Positions 18,557 to 27,090 of a stretch of 64,000 nt of DNA are shown here, piece by piece. The notes under the pieces were generated by a model. It made no database searches. It was not told where the DNA came from and worked only from the letters and a program-made list of their open reading frames with translations. The stretch lies in IMG/VR virus record IMGVR_UViG_2772190776_000003, positions 11,067-75,066 of that record. One strand, given 5' to 3'. The translations under genes and the position numbers were made by a program. The DNA comes from a virus. Taxonomy: Duplodnaviria; Caudoviricetes. Every line of letters starts with the position of its first letter. The first letter of the stretch is position 1.

Positions 18557-18581
18557 AAGCCCGCCGCAAGCGGGCTTTTTT
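18557..18581 (+). terminator. Rho-independent terminator
   Basis: AAGCCCGC-CGCAA-GCGGGCTTTTTT. Confidence 0.8.
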
Positions 18582-18763
18582 ACGCCCTCACCCCCGCCGC
18601 TCCAACCACCTGGATCCTCATACCAGGCACAGACCAGCAGCAATCCCACAGCCAGCATCACAAACACTGAAGTGGCCGTCCGCAGCCACTCCAGCACGGG
18701 ACATGGCGCACAAAGCCCAAAGCTGTGTTCACCAGCATCCAAACGGCACAGCCATCCAACCTA

Positions 18764-18788
18764 CAGCCCACCACCCGGTGGGCTTTTT
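18764..18788 (+). terminator. Terminator repeat, copy 1 of 3
   Basis: CAGCCCACCACCCGGTGGGCTTTTT, identical at 20176-20200 and 26961-26985. Confidence 0.75.
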
Positions 18789-18843
18789 TACGTATTCAAA
18801 ACGCCAGCCCTGTAGCACGAATCCGACATTCCAGACGAACGGC

Positions 18844-18905
18844 ATCGGTGCACCTATAAATTTATCGGGAAACCGCTTGCAATGAATAATCGGTTTGCCG
18901 ATACT
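18844..18905 (+). promoter_or_regulatory. OL operators and pL-like promoter
   Basis: ATCGGTGCACCTAT (18844), ATCGGGAAACCGCT (18864), ATCGGTTTGCCGAT (18889, identical to the first OR site); TTGCAA-17-GATACT. Confidence 0.8.
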
Positions 18906-18988
18906 ATGCCCAACGCAGCAATGCGCTGGGCACCACGGCATCGACCGGGCCAGCCCCGGTCTTTAACAAGAGAGTGGATAGGGAAGGG

Positions 18989-19369
18989 TTAGCCCGACAT
19001 GACCTCTTGAATCATGCGCAGCGGCACAAACGCCGCCACAAAGGCAAACACCACCACCATGAATGCGCAGGTAAGGCACCACATCGTCAACAGCGAAAAC
19101 TGAAGCAAGGTGACACGTGTGACCGGCTCTGACTGCGCGCTTGCATAAACCAGCCAACCCACAGAAAGGAGCCACATGAGCGCAAACCCCCATACCCGCG
19201 ACTTGAACCACCTCCACCTTTGGATGATTGGATTGTCTGCCGCCTCTTGCGCCGCCTTGGCCGCACTGATCTGGGCACGCTGGTGCTTGGCAGAGTTGAC
19301 GCAGGCCCAAGCCGTCAAGATTAGCGATGCAATCTGGATGCTGATTTCAATCCATTCCTTGGTAGTCAT
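18989..19369 (-). CDS. Small membrane protein (moron)
   Basis: 126 aa, three hydrophobic segments, antisense to the early-left operon. Confidence 0.55.
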   Translation of the reverse strand: MTTKEWIEISIQIASLILTAWACVNSAKHQRAQISAAKAAQEAADNPIIQRWRWFKSRVWGFALMWLLSVGWLVYASAQSEPVTRVTLLQFSLLTMWCLTCAFMVVVFAFVAAFVPLRMIQEVMSG

Positions 19370-19854
19370 TGTGATTGCCACACTCCTGCAAAGCAGACGC
19401 ACGTAGCACCTGCATGACGGAGTCCCTCCTGTAAGAAGTTTGAATGTTGGATCCTCAAATGTATTGCAGAGAGCGGACTCCACCCTTACCGGCAACCTAC
19501 CCGCCCTTTTCTATCCACTCTCGAAACTGTTGGATAAAAGCACCAAAGCCAGCCGCTGCCGATAGCGCCTGCGACTGCGGAGCCTGCCCCGTACGCACTG
19601 GCAGCAACCAAAAAGTGCAAACCGCCCTCTCCCCACCGCGAGGCCATGCCAAGTGCACCGTGCATGCCCTGTGACCGGTATAGAGGACGACTCCCAGGCC
19701 AACCCCGCTGCCCATATGCCAAGCAGCCGCGCTGGCCAGGACGCCCACCAGCCGTGGCGCGGTAACGGCTGGCCATGGTGCCCACGCTGCCGGGCTGGCG
19801 GCGGGGCACCGCAAACCCAAGCGTCTTGGCATCAGGACGTTTGGGTTTGAAAAA

Positions 19855-20157
19855 ATGCTTCAAGTGAAGGAGACTGCCGTGCAGGACCAATTGACGCACT
19901 ATCACGCCATGGATAGACAGGAACTTATACGTCTTGCTGGTGAGCAAGCCCTGCTGCGCCGAGAAGTAGAAGAACTTAGCGCACAAAAAAATCGAGATAT
20001 GCAGGCACTACGCAACCTGCCTGCTCAAATCGGTTTTTCCAACAACTGGCATAGCGATGGAATAGCAATTCTTGATCGGCTGAAAGATGCTGAATCCAAG
20101 CTAGCGAATGGCTATGCACGCTTGCATGAGCTGTCAAAACTCACGGGCATCAAATAA
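19855..20157 (+). CDS. Hypothetical coiled-coil protein
   Basis: ORF with an AAGGAG RBS before the GTG near 19879, followed by the terminator repeat. Confidence 0.6.
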   Translation: MLQVKETAVQDQLTHYHAMDRQELIRLAGEQALLRREVEELSAQKNRDMQALRNLPAQIGFSNNWHSDGIAILDRLKDAESKLANGYARLHELSKLTGIK

Positions 20158-20175
20158 CGCCTGACTGCCCTCCCC

Positions 20176-20200
20176 CAGCCCACCACCCGGTGGGCTTTTT
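20176..20200 (+). terminator. Terminator repeat, copy 2 of 3
   Basis: Identical 25-mer hairpin with T tract. Confidence 0.75.
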
Positions 20201-20446
20201 TTCGCCCCTGCACAGGCTGCAGGGCCATGCAGCGAGTCTTTTTGCCACCTTGCGGGTGTCAGCCGCGCCAGCTTCCCTCTTGGCTGGCGTGGTGGTGAAA
20301 AGGCTCACCCCATGGCTAGCGCCCCAGTTTTCAAGCCGGGTTGTGGGCCCAACTCCTCCCACCTTCTCTCACTTCCCACGACACGCCAAGGCTGCAGGCT
20401 TTGCTTGGCACCGGCTTTCTTATTCCATGCGTCACGGAGAAAGACC

Positions 20447-20782
20447 ATGCAAACCACCACCACCGAAGCTGCGCACCAGCGCATACGCGCCAACGCGCCT
20501 GAGTACTTTGGGTTCAGCGATGTGGAAGACCCCACCATGTGGCTAGCCTTCTACCTAAACAACCTGGCAGACCAGGTAGCACTGAAACACCTGTACCAGA
20601 CGCAAGACTTTGACGAAAGCACCACACACGCCCTGCACTTTGCCAGCGTGCTGGTCACCGACAAGGTGCGCGAAACAGCCAAAGAGTGCCAACGCTGCGG
20701 CCTGCTGCCATTTGCCTGGCATGGCACGCAGTACTTTCGCCGCCACAGCGCAATGCTGGGGCCCGTACAGGCCGCCCACTGA
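20447..20782 (+). CDS. Hypothetical phage protein
   Basis: MQTTTTE start with a GGAG RBS. Confidence 0.55.
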   Translation: MQTTTTEAAHQRIRANAPEYFGFSDVEDPTMWLAFYLNNLADQVALKHLYQTQDFDESTTHALHFASVLVTDKVRETAKECQRCGLLPFAWHGTQYFRRHSAMLGPVQAAH

Positions 20783-20815
20783 GGTGGCTTTTTTACACCC
20801 CACAGGAGACCAGCC

Positions 20816-21073
20816 ATGCACCACCTCCCCGGCCGCCTGACTTTGCCCCGTGTGTCCGTGTTAAGCCCTGCGTTTCGCTACACCAGCGCCGCCGCCACCA
20901 ACGTGGCCGAAACCATCGAGCGCGAGCGCCGCCTGCAGGCCCAAGAGCAAGCCCGGCAACGCAGTGGCAGCCACGCCGCCCAGCACACGCTGCCCGGCAT
21001 ACCCAGCCAGAACCGCCCCACGCGCCTGGTCGCAGGGCTGGGCCACAAAGTCATTGAACTGCCCTCTTTGTGA
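20816..21073 (+). CDS. Hypothetical phage protein
   Basis: AGGAG RBS; FRYTSAAATNVAETI motif seen in small betaproteobacterial phage proteins. Confidence 0.6.
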   Translation: MHHLPGRLTLPRVSVLSPAFRYTSAAATNVAETIERERRLQAQEQARQRSGSHAAQHTLPGIPSQNRPTRLVAGLGHKVIELPSL

Positions 21074-21424
21074 TTGGAGAGCACATGCAACCCCGCGCCT
21101 ACCATGTTCAAGTTGTCACACCCCAGGGCCGCAGCGCATACATCACCCTGGCAAACGGCGGCTGCACCGCAGTTGCCCACGCCATGCAGCACTTCCCAAG
21201 CGCCCGCCGCATCAGCGCCAAGCCCGTGCGAACCAGCTCCGCTGGATGAACTGCTGCACCAGCTGCGCGCCCACGACCTGCGGCGCAAGCAGATTCTGAA
21301 CGCTATCGAAACCAAAGCAGCCAGCGCACGACCTGCCTTTGCATCACTTCAAAACTATTTTGAAAGCGAGCAACGGCGTGCGCTAGGCGCTCTGAAATTT
21401 GCACACCGCAAGCTGCACCTATGA
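21074..21424 (+). CDS. Hypothetical phage protein
   Basis: Contiguous ORF in the operon, overlapping the next start. Confidence 0.5.
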   Translation: MESTCNPAPTMFKLSHPRAAAHTSPWQTAAAPQLPTPCSTSQAPAASAPSPCEPAPLDELLHQLRAHDLRRKQILNAIETKAASARPAFASLQNYFESEQRRALGALKFAHRKLHL

Positions 21425-22134
21425 CCACCACCAAACCCCACGGCTACTGGCAGCGCAATGCCCAGCTGCTGCGCGACCAGGCCAAAACCATGACCTGCAA
21501 AGAGCTGGCCACAGCGCACCACGCCACGCCCAAACAGATCCGGCACCAGCTGCACCTGCTCAAAACCACCTGCAAAAGCGCCAAGCTGGCGCGCTATGAG
21601 CACCTGAGCGAGCTGTGCAAAAAGCAGCTGTCTGTGCGGCAGATTGCAGAGCTTGAGGGCAAGACCACATCTGCCATCTACCAGGAGCTCAAGCTGCACG
21701 GCCTGAGCACCATCAACACCCAGCTGCGCTGGACAGAAGCCGCCATTGCAGAGCTGACCGAGCAGGCCAAGACACGCACCGCCGCAGAGCTGGCTGCCCT
21801 GCGCCAGTTTGAGCTGAAGTACATGTACAAGCTGCTGCGCCGCTTTGGCATCAAAACGCGCCCACACCGCACCGTGGTGCCGCGCTCCCCAAAGCCCAAG
21901 GCGGCACCCAAGCAGCGCACCGCTGCCGCATACACGCCCGTGCTGCGCAAGCCAGCGCAGCCGGCCTATGCACTGCCACAGCCCAAGCCCCAGCCAGAAA
22001 TCATCTGGCCCACCCATGTGCAAGTGCAGCGCATTGCCACCTGCATACCTGCCAACGCCCCGCTATGCACCAGCACCAGCCGCAAACCACTGGTACTGGG
22101 CAAAAACTTCTGCAACGGCCCACGGGCCATCTAA
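21421..22134 (+). CDS. Multi-HTH hypothetical protein
   Basis: Repeated HTH-like segments such as LSVRQIAELEGKTTSAIYQEL. Confidence 0.6.
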   Translation: MTTTKPHGYWQRNAQLLRDQAKTMTCKELATAHHATPKQIRHQLHLLKTTCKSAKLARYEHLSELCKKQLSVRQIAELEGKTTSAIYQELKLHGLSTINTQLRWTEAAIAELTEQAKTRTAAELAALRQFELKYMYKLLRRFGIKTRPHRTVVPRSPKPKAAPKQRTAAAYTPVLRKPAQPAYALPQPKPQPEIIWPTHVQVQRIATCIPANAPLCTSTSRKPLVLGKNFCNGPRAI

Positions 22135-22146
22135 CGCACACACACC

Positions 22147-22875
22147 ATGCACCAGACACACAAGCTCACCCCCGTCCTGCTGGGCATTACCGGCCTGGCC
22201 AACGCAGGCAAAGACACACTGGCCCAGCTGCTGGCCACCCACTGCGGCGCCCGCACCATGGCCTTTAGTGACGGCATTTATGCCGAAGTAGCAGAAGCCT
22301 TTGACTGCACCATCACCGACCTTGCCCTGCGCAACACCAAGGAACAGCCCCAGCCCTGGCTGGCACTGGTGCACTGCCGTGACGTGGCCTTTGTGCAGCG
22401 CATACAGGATCACTGTGCCGCCCAAGGACACGCGCTGGACCTGATGGCAGCACGCAGCCCCCGCACCATTTTGGAATGGTGGGGCACTGAATACCGCCGC
22501 CACCAGAACCCCGCCTACTGGGTCAACACCGTGCGCCAGCGCATCCAGCGCCTGCGCAGCGTGGGCTGCAAGATGCCCATAGTGATCAGCGACGTGCGCA
22601 AGCCAGACGAAGCCGCCATGCTGCGCGAGCTGGGCGGCCACCTGTGGCGCATCACCCGCCCCGGCAGCGAAGTGCAGACCGGCCACGCCACATCCACCAC
22701 CGGCCAGGAATTTGCACCAGACCTCACCCTCATCAACTGCCACGACATTGCGCACCTGCAGGGGCTGGCGCTGGTGCATTGGGGGGAGTTGGTGCAAAAA
22801 GCCCACACAAACAAACCAAGACATAGAGTCGTTGAAGCAGCTTCATCCGATAGCATCGGAGAACAGCTTCACTAA
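22147..22875 (+). CDS. Phage deoxynucleoside monophosphate kinase-like P-loop protein
   Basis: GITGLANAGKDT, SPRTILEWWGTEYRR, VISDVR motifs. Confidence 0.8.
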   Translation: MHQTHKLTPVLLGITGLANAGKDTLAQLLATHCGARTMAFSDGIYAEVAEAFDCTITDLALRNTKEQPQPWLALVHCRDVAFVQRIQDHCAAQGHALDLMAARSPRTILEWWGTEYRRHQNPAYWVNTVRQRIQRLRSVGCKMPIVISDVRKPDEAAMLRELGGHLWRITRPGSEVQTGHATSTTGQEFAPDLTLINCHDIAHLQGLALVHWGELVQKAHTNKPRHRVVEAASSDSIGEQLH

Positions 22876-22901
22876 TCAGGACAACACAAACAAGTGAGCA
22901 A

Positions 22902-23699
22902 ATGGCGTTAACCGCCGCCACCGCTGGGAGAAACATACAAATGACCACCGTCAGCCGCATTGAATGGACAGAGCGAACATGGAACCCTACTGTCGGGTGC
23001 ACCAAAATCTCGCCCGGCTGCAAGCACTGCTATGCAGAAGCAATGTCATACCGTCTGAAGGCCATGGGCACCCCAGGCTATGAAAACGGCTTCGCCCTCA
23101 CCCTGCTGCCAAGCCGCTTACAAGACCCCATTGAGCGCAAAAAGCCCACCGTCTACTTCGTCAACTCCATGTCGGATCTGTTTCACGACAAGGTGCCAGA
23201 CGAATATATAGAGCGCGTCTTTCAAGTCATTGAGCAAACACCGCAGCACACCTACCAAATCCTCACCAAACGCGCTGCCCGCATGGCCCGCTTCTTCAAA
23301 AAGCGCAGTGTGCCTAGTAACGCATGGATGGGTGTCTCGGTAGAAGACAAAAAATACGGTGTTCCGCGCATCAAGCACCTGCGCAAAGTGCCCGCCAGCA
23401 TCCGCTTTCTGTCGGTTGAGCCATTGCTGGAAGACGTAGGCCAGCTTGACTTGGCAGACATCCATTGGGTCATCGTTGGTGGTGAATCAGGCCCCAAAGC
23501 CCGCCCCATGGAAAAAGCTTGGGCACTCTCCGTTCAGCAACAGTGCGAGGACCAAAACGTTGCCTTCTTCTTCAAGCAATGGGGCGGCTGGGGAGTTGAC
23601 GGTAAAAAGCGCGCTAAGGCGGCCAATGGCCGCGAACTGAACGGCCGCACATGGGACGAAATGCCCGATGGCGTAGCAAATCGCATTAGCCCTGTCTAG
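22902..23699 (+). CDS. DUF5131 (Gp37/Gp68) three-Cys radical-SAM-like protein
   Basis: IEWTERTWNPTVGCTKISPGCKHCYA, FVNSMSDLFH, WVIVGGESG, FFFKQWG. Confidence 0.92.
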   Translation: MALTAATAGRNIQMTTVSRIEWTERTWNPTVGCTKISPGCKHCYAEAMSYRLKAMGTPGYENGFALTLLPSRLQDPIERKKPTVYFVNSMSDLFHDKVPDEYIERVFQVIEQTPQHTYQILTKRAARMARFFKKRSVPSNAWMGVSVEDKKYGVPRIKHLRKVPASIRFLSVEPLLEDVGQLDLADIHWVIVGGESGPKARPMEKAWALSVQQQCEDQNVAFFFKQWGGWGVDGKKRAKAANGRELNGRTWDEMPDGVANRISPV

Positions 23700-23792
23700 C
23701 TGTTTGATCGTACAGCTTGATACTTCTGGCACTGTCATGCAGAGTAATAAGCCCCCGGCTTAAATCTGGCAGCAATTGCTGCCACGCACTGC

Positions 23793-25058
23793 ATGACAAA
23801 AAAGCACTACGAATGGGTATTGGGAGGCACTCCACCACAAATTTTGCGCCACAGCCAGGTCAAACACGACCTGCTGCGCGACTATCTTGTGGATTATTTT
23901 TTAACCCTGGTCACAGCACCCGGGCAAGAGCGCGTACAGCTAACCATTGTTGACGGCTTCTGCGGCGGTGGACTTTACCGCGACGTAGCAGGCCGTGAAG
24001 TACCCGGCTCACCCATCGTTATTCTGCAGGCGATTAAAGAGGCACAAGCCCGCGTCATGCTGGAAATGCAAAGGCATAAGCCTATCGACTTTGACGTCAA
24101 ACTGATCTGCATCGACATCGATGAATCCGCCATAGCCCATCTGCGCTATGTGCTTGACGGTCATGGTTATGGCGACAAGCTGCGCTCAGGCGCCATCGAA
24201 ACCCTCACGGGTGACTTTTACGAGCTCAGCGAACCTGTGATCAATGAAGTAGCACGCCGCTCACCCCGTGCAGGGCGCGCCATATTCATTCTGGATCAAT
24301 ACGGTTATGACAAGGTACCACTGGCCACCATCAACACTATTTTCAAAAAGTTCAAAGGAGCCGAAGTTATTCTCAACTTCAACGTCGACTCTCTCATTAA
24401 CTTCTTGAACCCCAAGAATTTGAGTGACTTTGAACGCAAGACAGGCATCACAGATGCTGTGCCTGCTGATCTGCTGGATAAAGAAACACGCCTGCCTGGC
24501 TACCGCCGTACTGTTCAAAGCAATTTGCACCAGCGCATCATTCAAGGTTCAGGGGCCAAATATTTCACACCGTTTTTTATCCGCCCTGAACGCGGTCATG
24601 GGGATTACTGGTTGCTGCACCTGTCACAACACGCTAAAGCACGCGATGTGATGGCAACTACACATTGGAAATACAACAATCATTTTTCACACCATGGAGG
24701 TGCAGGATTTGATATGTTCAGCACTGGCTATGCTGCAAAAATTGATGATCAAGACAAAATTCAAAGAGGATTTTTGTTCGATGACCTAGCCGAAAAAATA
24801 AGCATCGAAACCATGCTGGAGCAAATTCCACGCTATCTGGCTGAAGCCAAAGAAGGCATCAGCTTTGAAGCCTTCTTTGCACAGAGAATCAACTCAACAC
24901 CAGCAACCAAAGCCATGGTTGAAAAAACAGTACTTCAATTGGCTCATGCAAATGAAATTGTGATTACTGATGAAAATGGAAAAATACGCAGCCCAAGAGT
25001 CGCAATTAAATCCACTGATTTAATAAAGCCATATCCTCAAAAATTATTTTCATTTTAA
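23793..25058 (+). CDS. tcmP: Three-Cys-motif partner protein TcmP (methyltransferase-like)
   Basis: HSQVKH, IVDGFCGGG SAM motif, FILDQYGY, EVILNF; directly follows DUF5131. Confidence 0.82.
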   Translation: MTKKHYEWVLGGTPPQILRHSQVKHDLLRDYLVDYFLTLVTAPGQERVQLTIVDGFCGGGLYRDVAGREVPGSPIVILQAIKEAQARVMLEMQRHKPIDFDVKLICIDIDESAIAHLRYVLDGHGYGDKLRSGAIETLTGDFYELSEPVINEVARRSPRAGRAIFILDQYGYDKVPLATINTIFKKFKGAEVILNFNVDSLINFLNPKNLSDFERKTGITDAVPADLLDKETRLPGYRRTVQSNLHQRIIQGSGAKYFTPFFIRPERGHGDYWLLHLSQHAKARDVMATTHWKYNNHFSHHGGAGFDMFSTGYAAKIDDQDKIQRGFLFDDLAEKISIETMLEQIPRYLAEAKEGISFEAFFAQRINSTPATKAMVEKTVLQLAHANEIVITDENGKIRSPRVAIKSTDLIKPYPQKLFSF

Positions 25059-25063
25059 AACAA

Positions 25064-25915
25064 TCATTCCTCTTCCATTCCATACCAGCTTGTCGTATCA
25101 ACCACGAGTGAATAAGGCTTCATTTCTATTTTATTTGGCGCTTCAAAAGAAGCTGTAAAGATACAGGAAACTGGATATGAACAACTGATAGTACAAGGAT
25201 CATCTCTTGACCCATAATATTGATCCACTGAAACTGAACCAGTAGCATGGTACTCAATATAGAGTGGCAGGAATTTCACTTCGACCTCACCACCATAGAA
25301 ACCATCTATTGAATGAGACTGAGCAATTTCATCCAGTGAAGCTTGTGTTTCATTTGCAAACATGGACATAATTTCATCATGCGCTTTAGCCTCAACTGAT
25401 TGAGAGAGCTCATTTTTTATATCGTATGCAGAACTTATAACATTTAATAAACTCTGCATAGATCCAAGGACTAAGCTTCTATATTTATCATCAGGAACAT
25501 CAATAGTTCCTTCGGATAAATGAACATATTTGCTCAAATCACCAAATTTCTTATTCAAATCTTTTGCAATATCATCTACATCAATTTCAAATTTATCAGA
25601 AAAATATGCAGAATCAAACCCTCCATGCAAAAAATATCTTATTCTTTGCAATCTAGTTATGCCGTTCTTCGAAGTTTCATCTGCAACAAACCAACTGCAC
25701 GCTCTCAAATCATCATCAGCAGCGCTTAAATGAAAAAATTTAGTCAGTATTTCTCTAAATACAAGCGTAAAATAAGCTGCTCTTAATAATCCATCTTTTT
25801 CATTTGCAAGTCTCTCAGATTCATCTAGCAAACGGCAAAGCAGCTCATTATCTAAAAGCTCTTTAATTCTATTTACTGTCGCTCTTACGCTCTCTTCAAA
25901 GCTGATAGCACTCAT
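25064..25915 (-). CDS. Putative HEPN-like nuclease resembling the predicted pPIWI-associating nucleases
   Basis: FREIL...ACSWF...GITRLQRIRY...LSKYVH N-domain plus acidic beta-rich C-domain; AT-rich moron. Confidence 0.55.
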   Translation of the reverse strand: MSAISFEESVRATVNRIKELLDNELLCRLLDESERLANEKDGLLRAAYFTLVFREILTKFFHLSAADDDLRACSWFVADETSKNGITRLQRIRYFLHGGFDSAYFSDKFEIDVDDIAKDLNKKFGDLSKYVHLSEGTIDVPDDKYRSLVLGSMQSLLNVISSAYDIKNELSQSVEAKAHDEIMSMFANETQASLDEIAQSHSIDGFYGGEVEVKFLPLYIEYHATGSVSVDQYYGSRDDPCTISCSYPVSCIFTASFEAPNKIEMKPYSLVVDTTSWYGMEEE

Positions 25916-26113
25916 AGTTTTATCTCCAAAATTTCAGAGCGTACTGTAACAAAACAACACAAGTCGCATAAAGCGACTAGATGCCTTACACTACACCCCG
26001 TCACGCCCGTAAAGCGTGATCAGGGTTGGAAGCCTGTAATACCGCTTGCGGCGACAAAGCCGCACCTCGCTACCGCAGTTGTGCGGCTTTGTCGTCTGTG
26101 GCCCCAGTTTTAT

Positions 26114-26189
26114 GGTGGCTCGGAGGGGGAGCCGCAAGGCTCGCCGGTTCGCGCAAGCGGTCCCGGTCTTCCAACCCCTTCGAGTCACC
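26114..26189 (+). ncRNA. C4-like antisense RNA upstream of the Bro-N gene
   Basis: CTTCCAACC (26168-26176) pairs with GGTTGGAAG at 26024 and 26197; CGCAAGCGGT (26152-26161) pairs with ACCGCTTGCG (26041-26050). Confidence 0.78.
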
Positions 26190-26248
26190 GCCATTCGGTT
26201 GGAAGCGAAGGCGGTGGTTGTAGCAAATATGACCGCAAGGAGGCCGCC

Positions 26249-26902
26249 ATGGCTGAAATCACGCCCTTCAACTTTGGTTCCAACATCGTCCGAGTTATTT
26301 CTCGTAATAACGACCCTTGGTTCGTTGCTAATGACGTCTGCAAAGCACTCGGCTACAGCAATACCAGCAAGGCCATAGCTGATCATCTTGATGATGACGA
26401 ACGCTATAACGAATCGTTAGACCGTGGCGGCAGCCTGCTTCTGATCAGCGAATCCGGCCTCTACGCCCTCATCCTTCGCAGCCGCAAACCCGAGGCACGC
26501 AAGTTCGCCAAATGGGTCACCAGCGAGGTGCTGCCCACCATCCGCAAAACCGGCAGCTACCAAAGCGACACCCAGAGCCAGCGCACCGCACTGGCCCACC
26601 AGCTGGCCAGCCAGGCCACCGCGCAGGTGTTTGACACCGTGTTCCGCGCTGTGATGGATGGCAGCTTCAACCCATCGCTGGACCGTCTGCTGCTCAGCTT
26701 TACCCCCGGCGGCCCCAATGGCGAACACACCCCGCAGGCCACCACCCTGCCGCACAACGCCATAGTGACCACCGTGCCACACTTCATACGCGCCGTGGCG
26801 AGTGATCTGGCCATTACCACCCCAGACCTCACCAGCCTCGCCCTCGCCTGCACCCAACGCCTTGCCAGCCGCACCTGCCGCCAGCAAGGCGTTTTTTCAT
26901 GA
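26249..26902 (+). CDS. Bro-N domain antirepressor
   Basis: PWFVANDVCKALGY, ISESGLYALILRSRKPEARKFAKWVTSEVLPTIRKTGSY; AAGGAGG RBS. Confidence 0.92.
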   Translation: MAEITPFNFGSNIVRVISRNNDPWFVANDVCKALGYSNTSKAIADHLDDDERYNESLDRGGSLLLISESGLYALILRSRKPEARKFAKWVTSEVLPTIRKTGSYQSDTQSQRTALAHQLASQATAQVFDTVFRAVMDGSFNPSLDRLLLSFTPGGPNGEHTPQATTLPHNAIVTTVPHFIRAVASDLAITTPDLTSLALACTQRLASRTCRQQGVFS

Positions 26903-26948
26903 GTGATAGCACCCAGCGCTTGCTCCACAAGCGTTAGAGGCTAATTTC
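26895..26948 (+). repeat. REP-like element, copy 2
   Basis: TTTCATGAGTGATAGCACCCAGCGCTTGCTCCACAAGCGTTAGAGGCTAATTTC, similar to 3781-3834 (-). Confidence 0.6.
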
Positions 26949-26960
26949 CTTCACATCAAC

Positions 26961-26985
26961 CAGCCCACCACCCGGTGGGCTTTTT
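26961..26985 (+). terminator. Terminator repeat, copy 3 of 3
   Basis: Identical 25-mer, 11 bp before the transposable-phage end. Confidence 0.75.
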
Positions 26986-26996
26986 GTTTTTCTGGA

Positions 26997-27063
26997 TGAA
27001 GCGCGGCGTGATAATTGAAGGCAGTGAGGTGTGATAAGTCTTATCCAACGCTGTTTCAATAGG
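26997..27063 (+). repeat. Left end of the transposable phage
   Basis: TGAA-N6-CGTGATAA-N15-TGTGATAA, the same spacing as the inverted right end; TGTTTCAATAGG at 27052. Confidence 0.85.
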
Positions 27064-27090
27064 TGCAACGAAATTGCATATTTGAGCATC

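Larger units (their letters stand above)
1..26996. mobile_element. Lambdoid (cos-type) prophage, left part; extends beyond the window start and resumes after 63400
   Basis: Lambda-family portal, gpW, GpA-type terminase, Nu1-like small subunit, cosQ-like motif, DUF1376 replication gene, divergent CI/Cro with operators. Confidence 0.93.
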
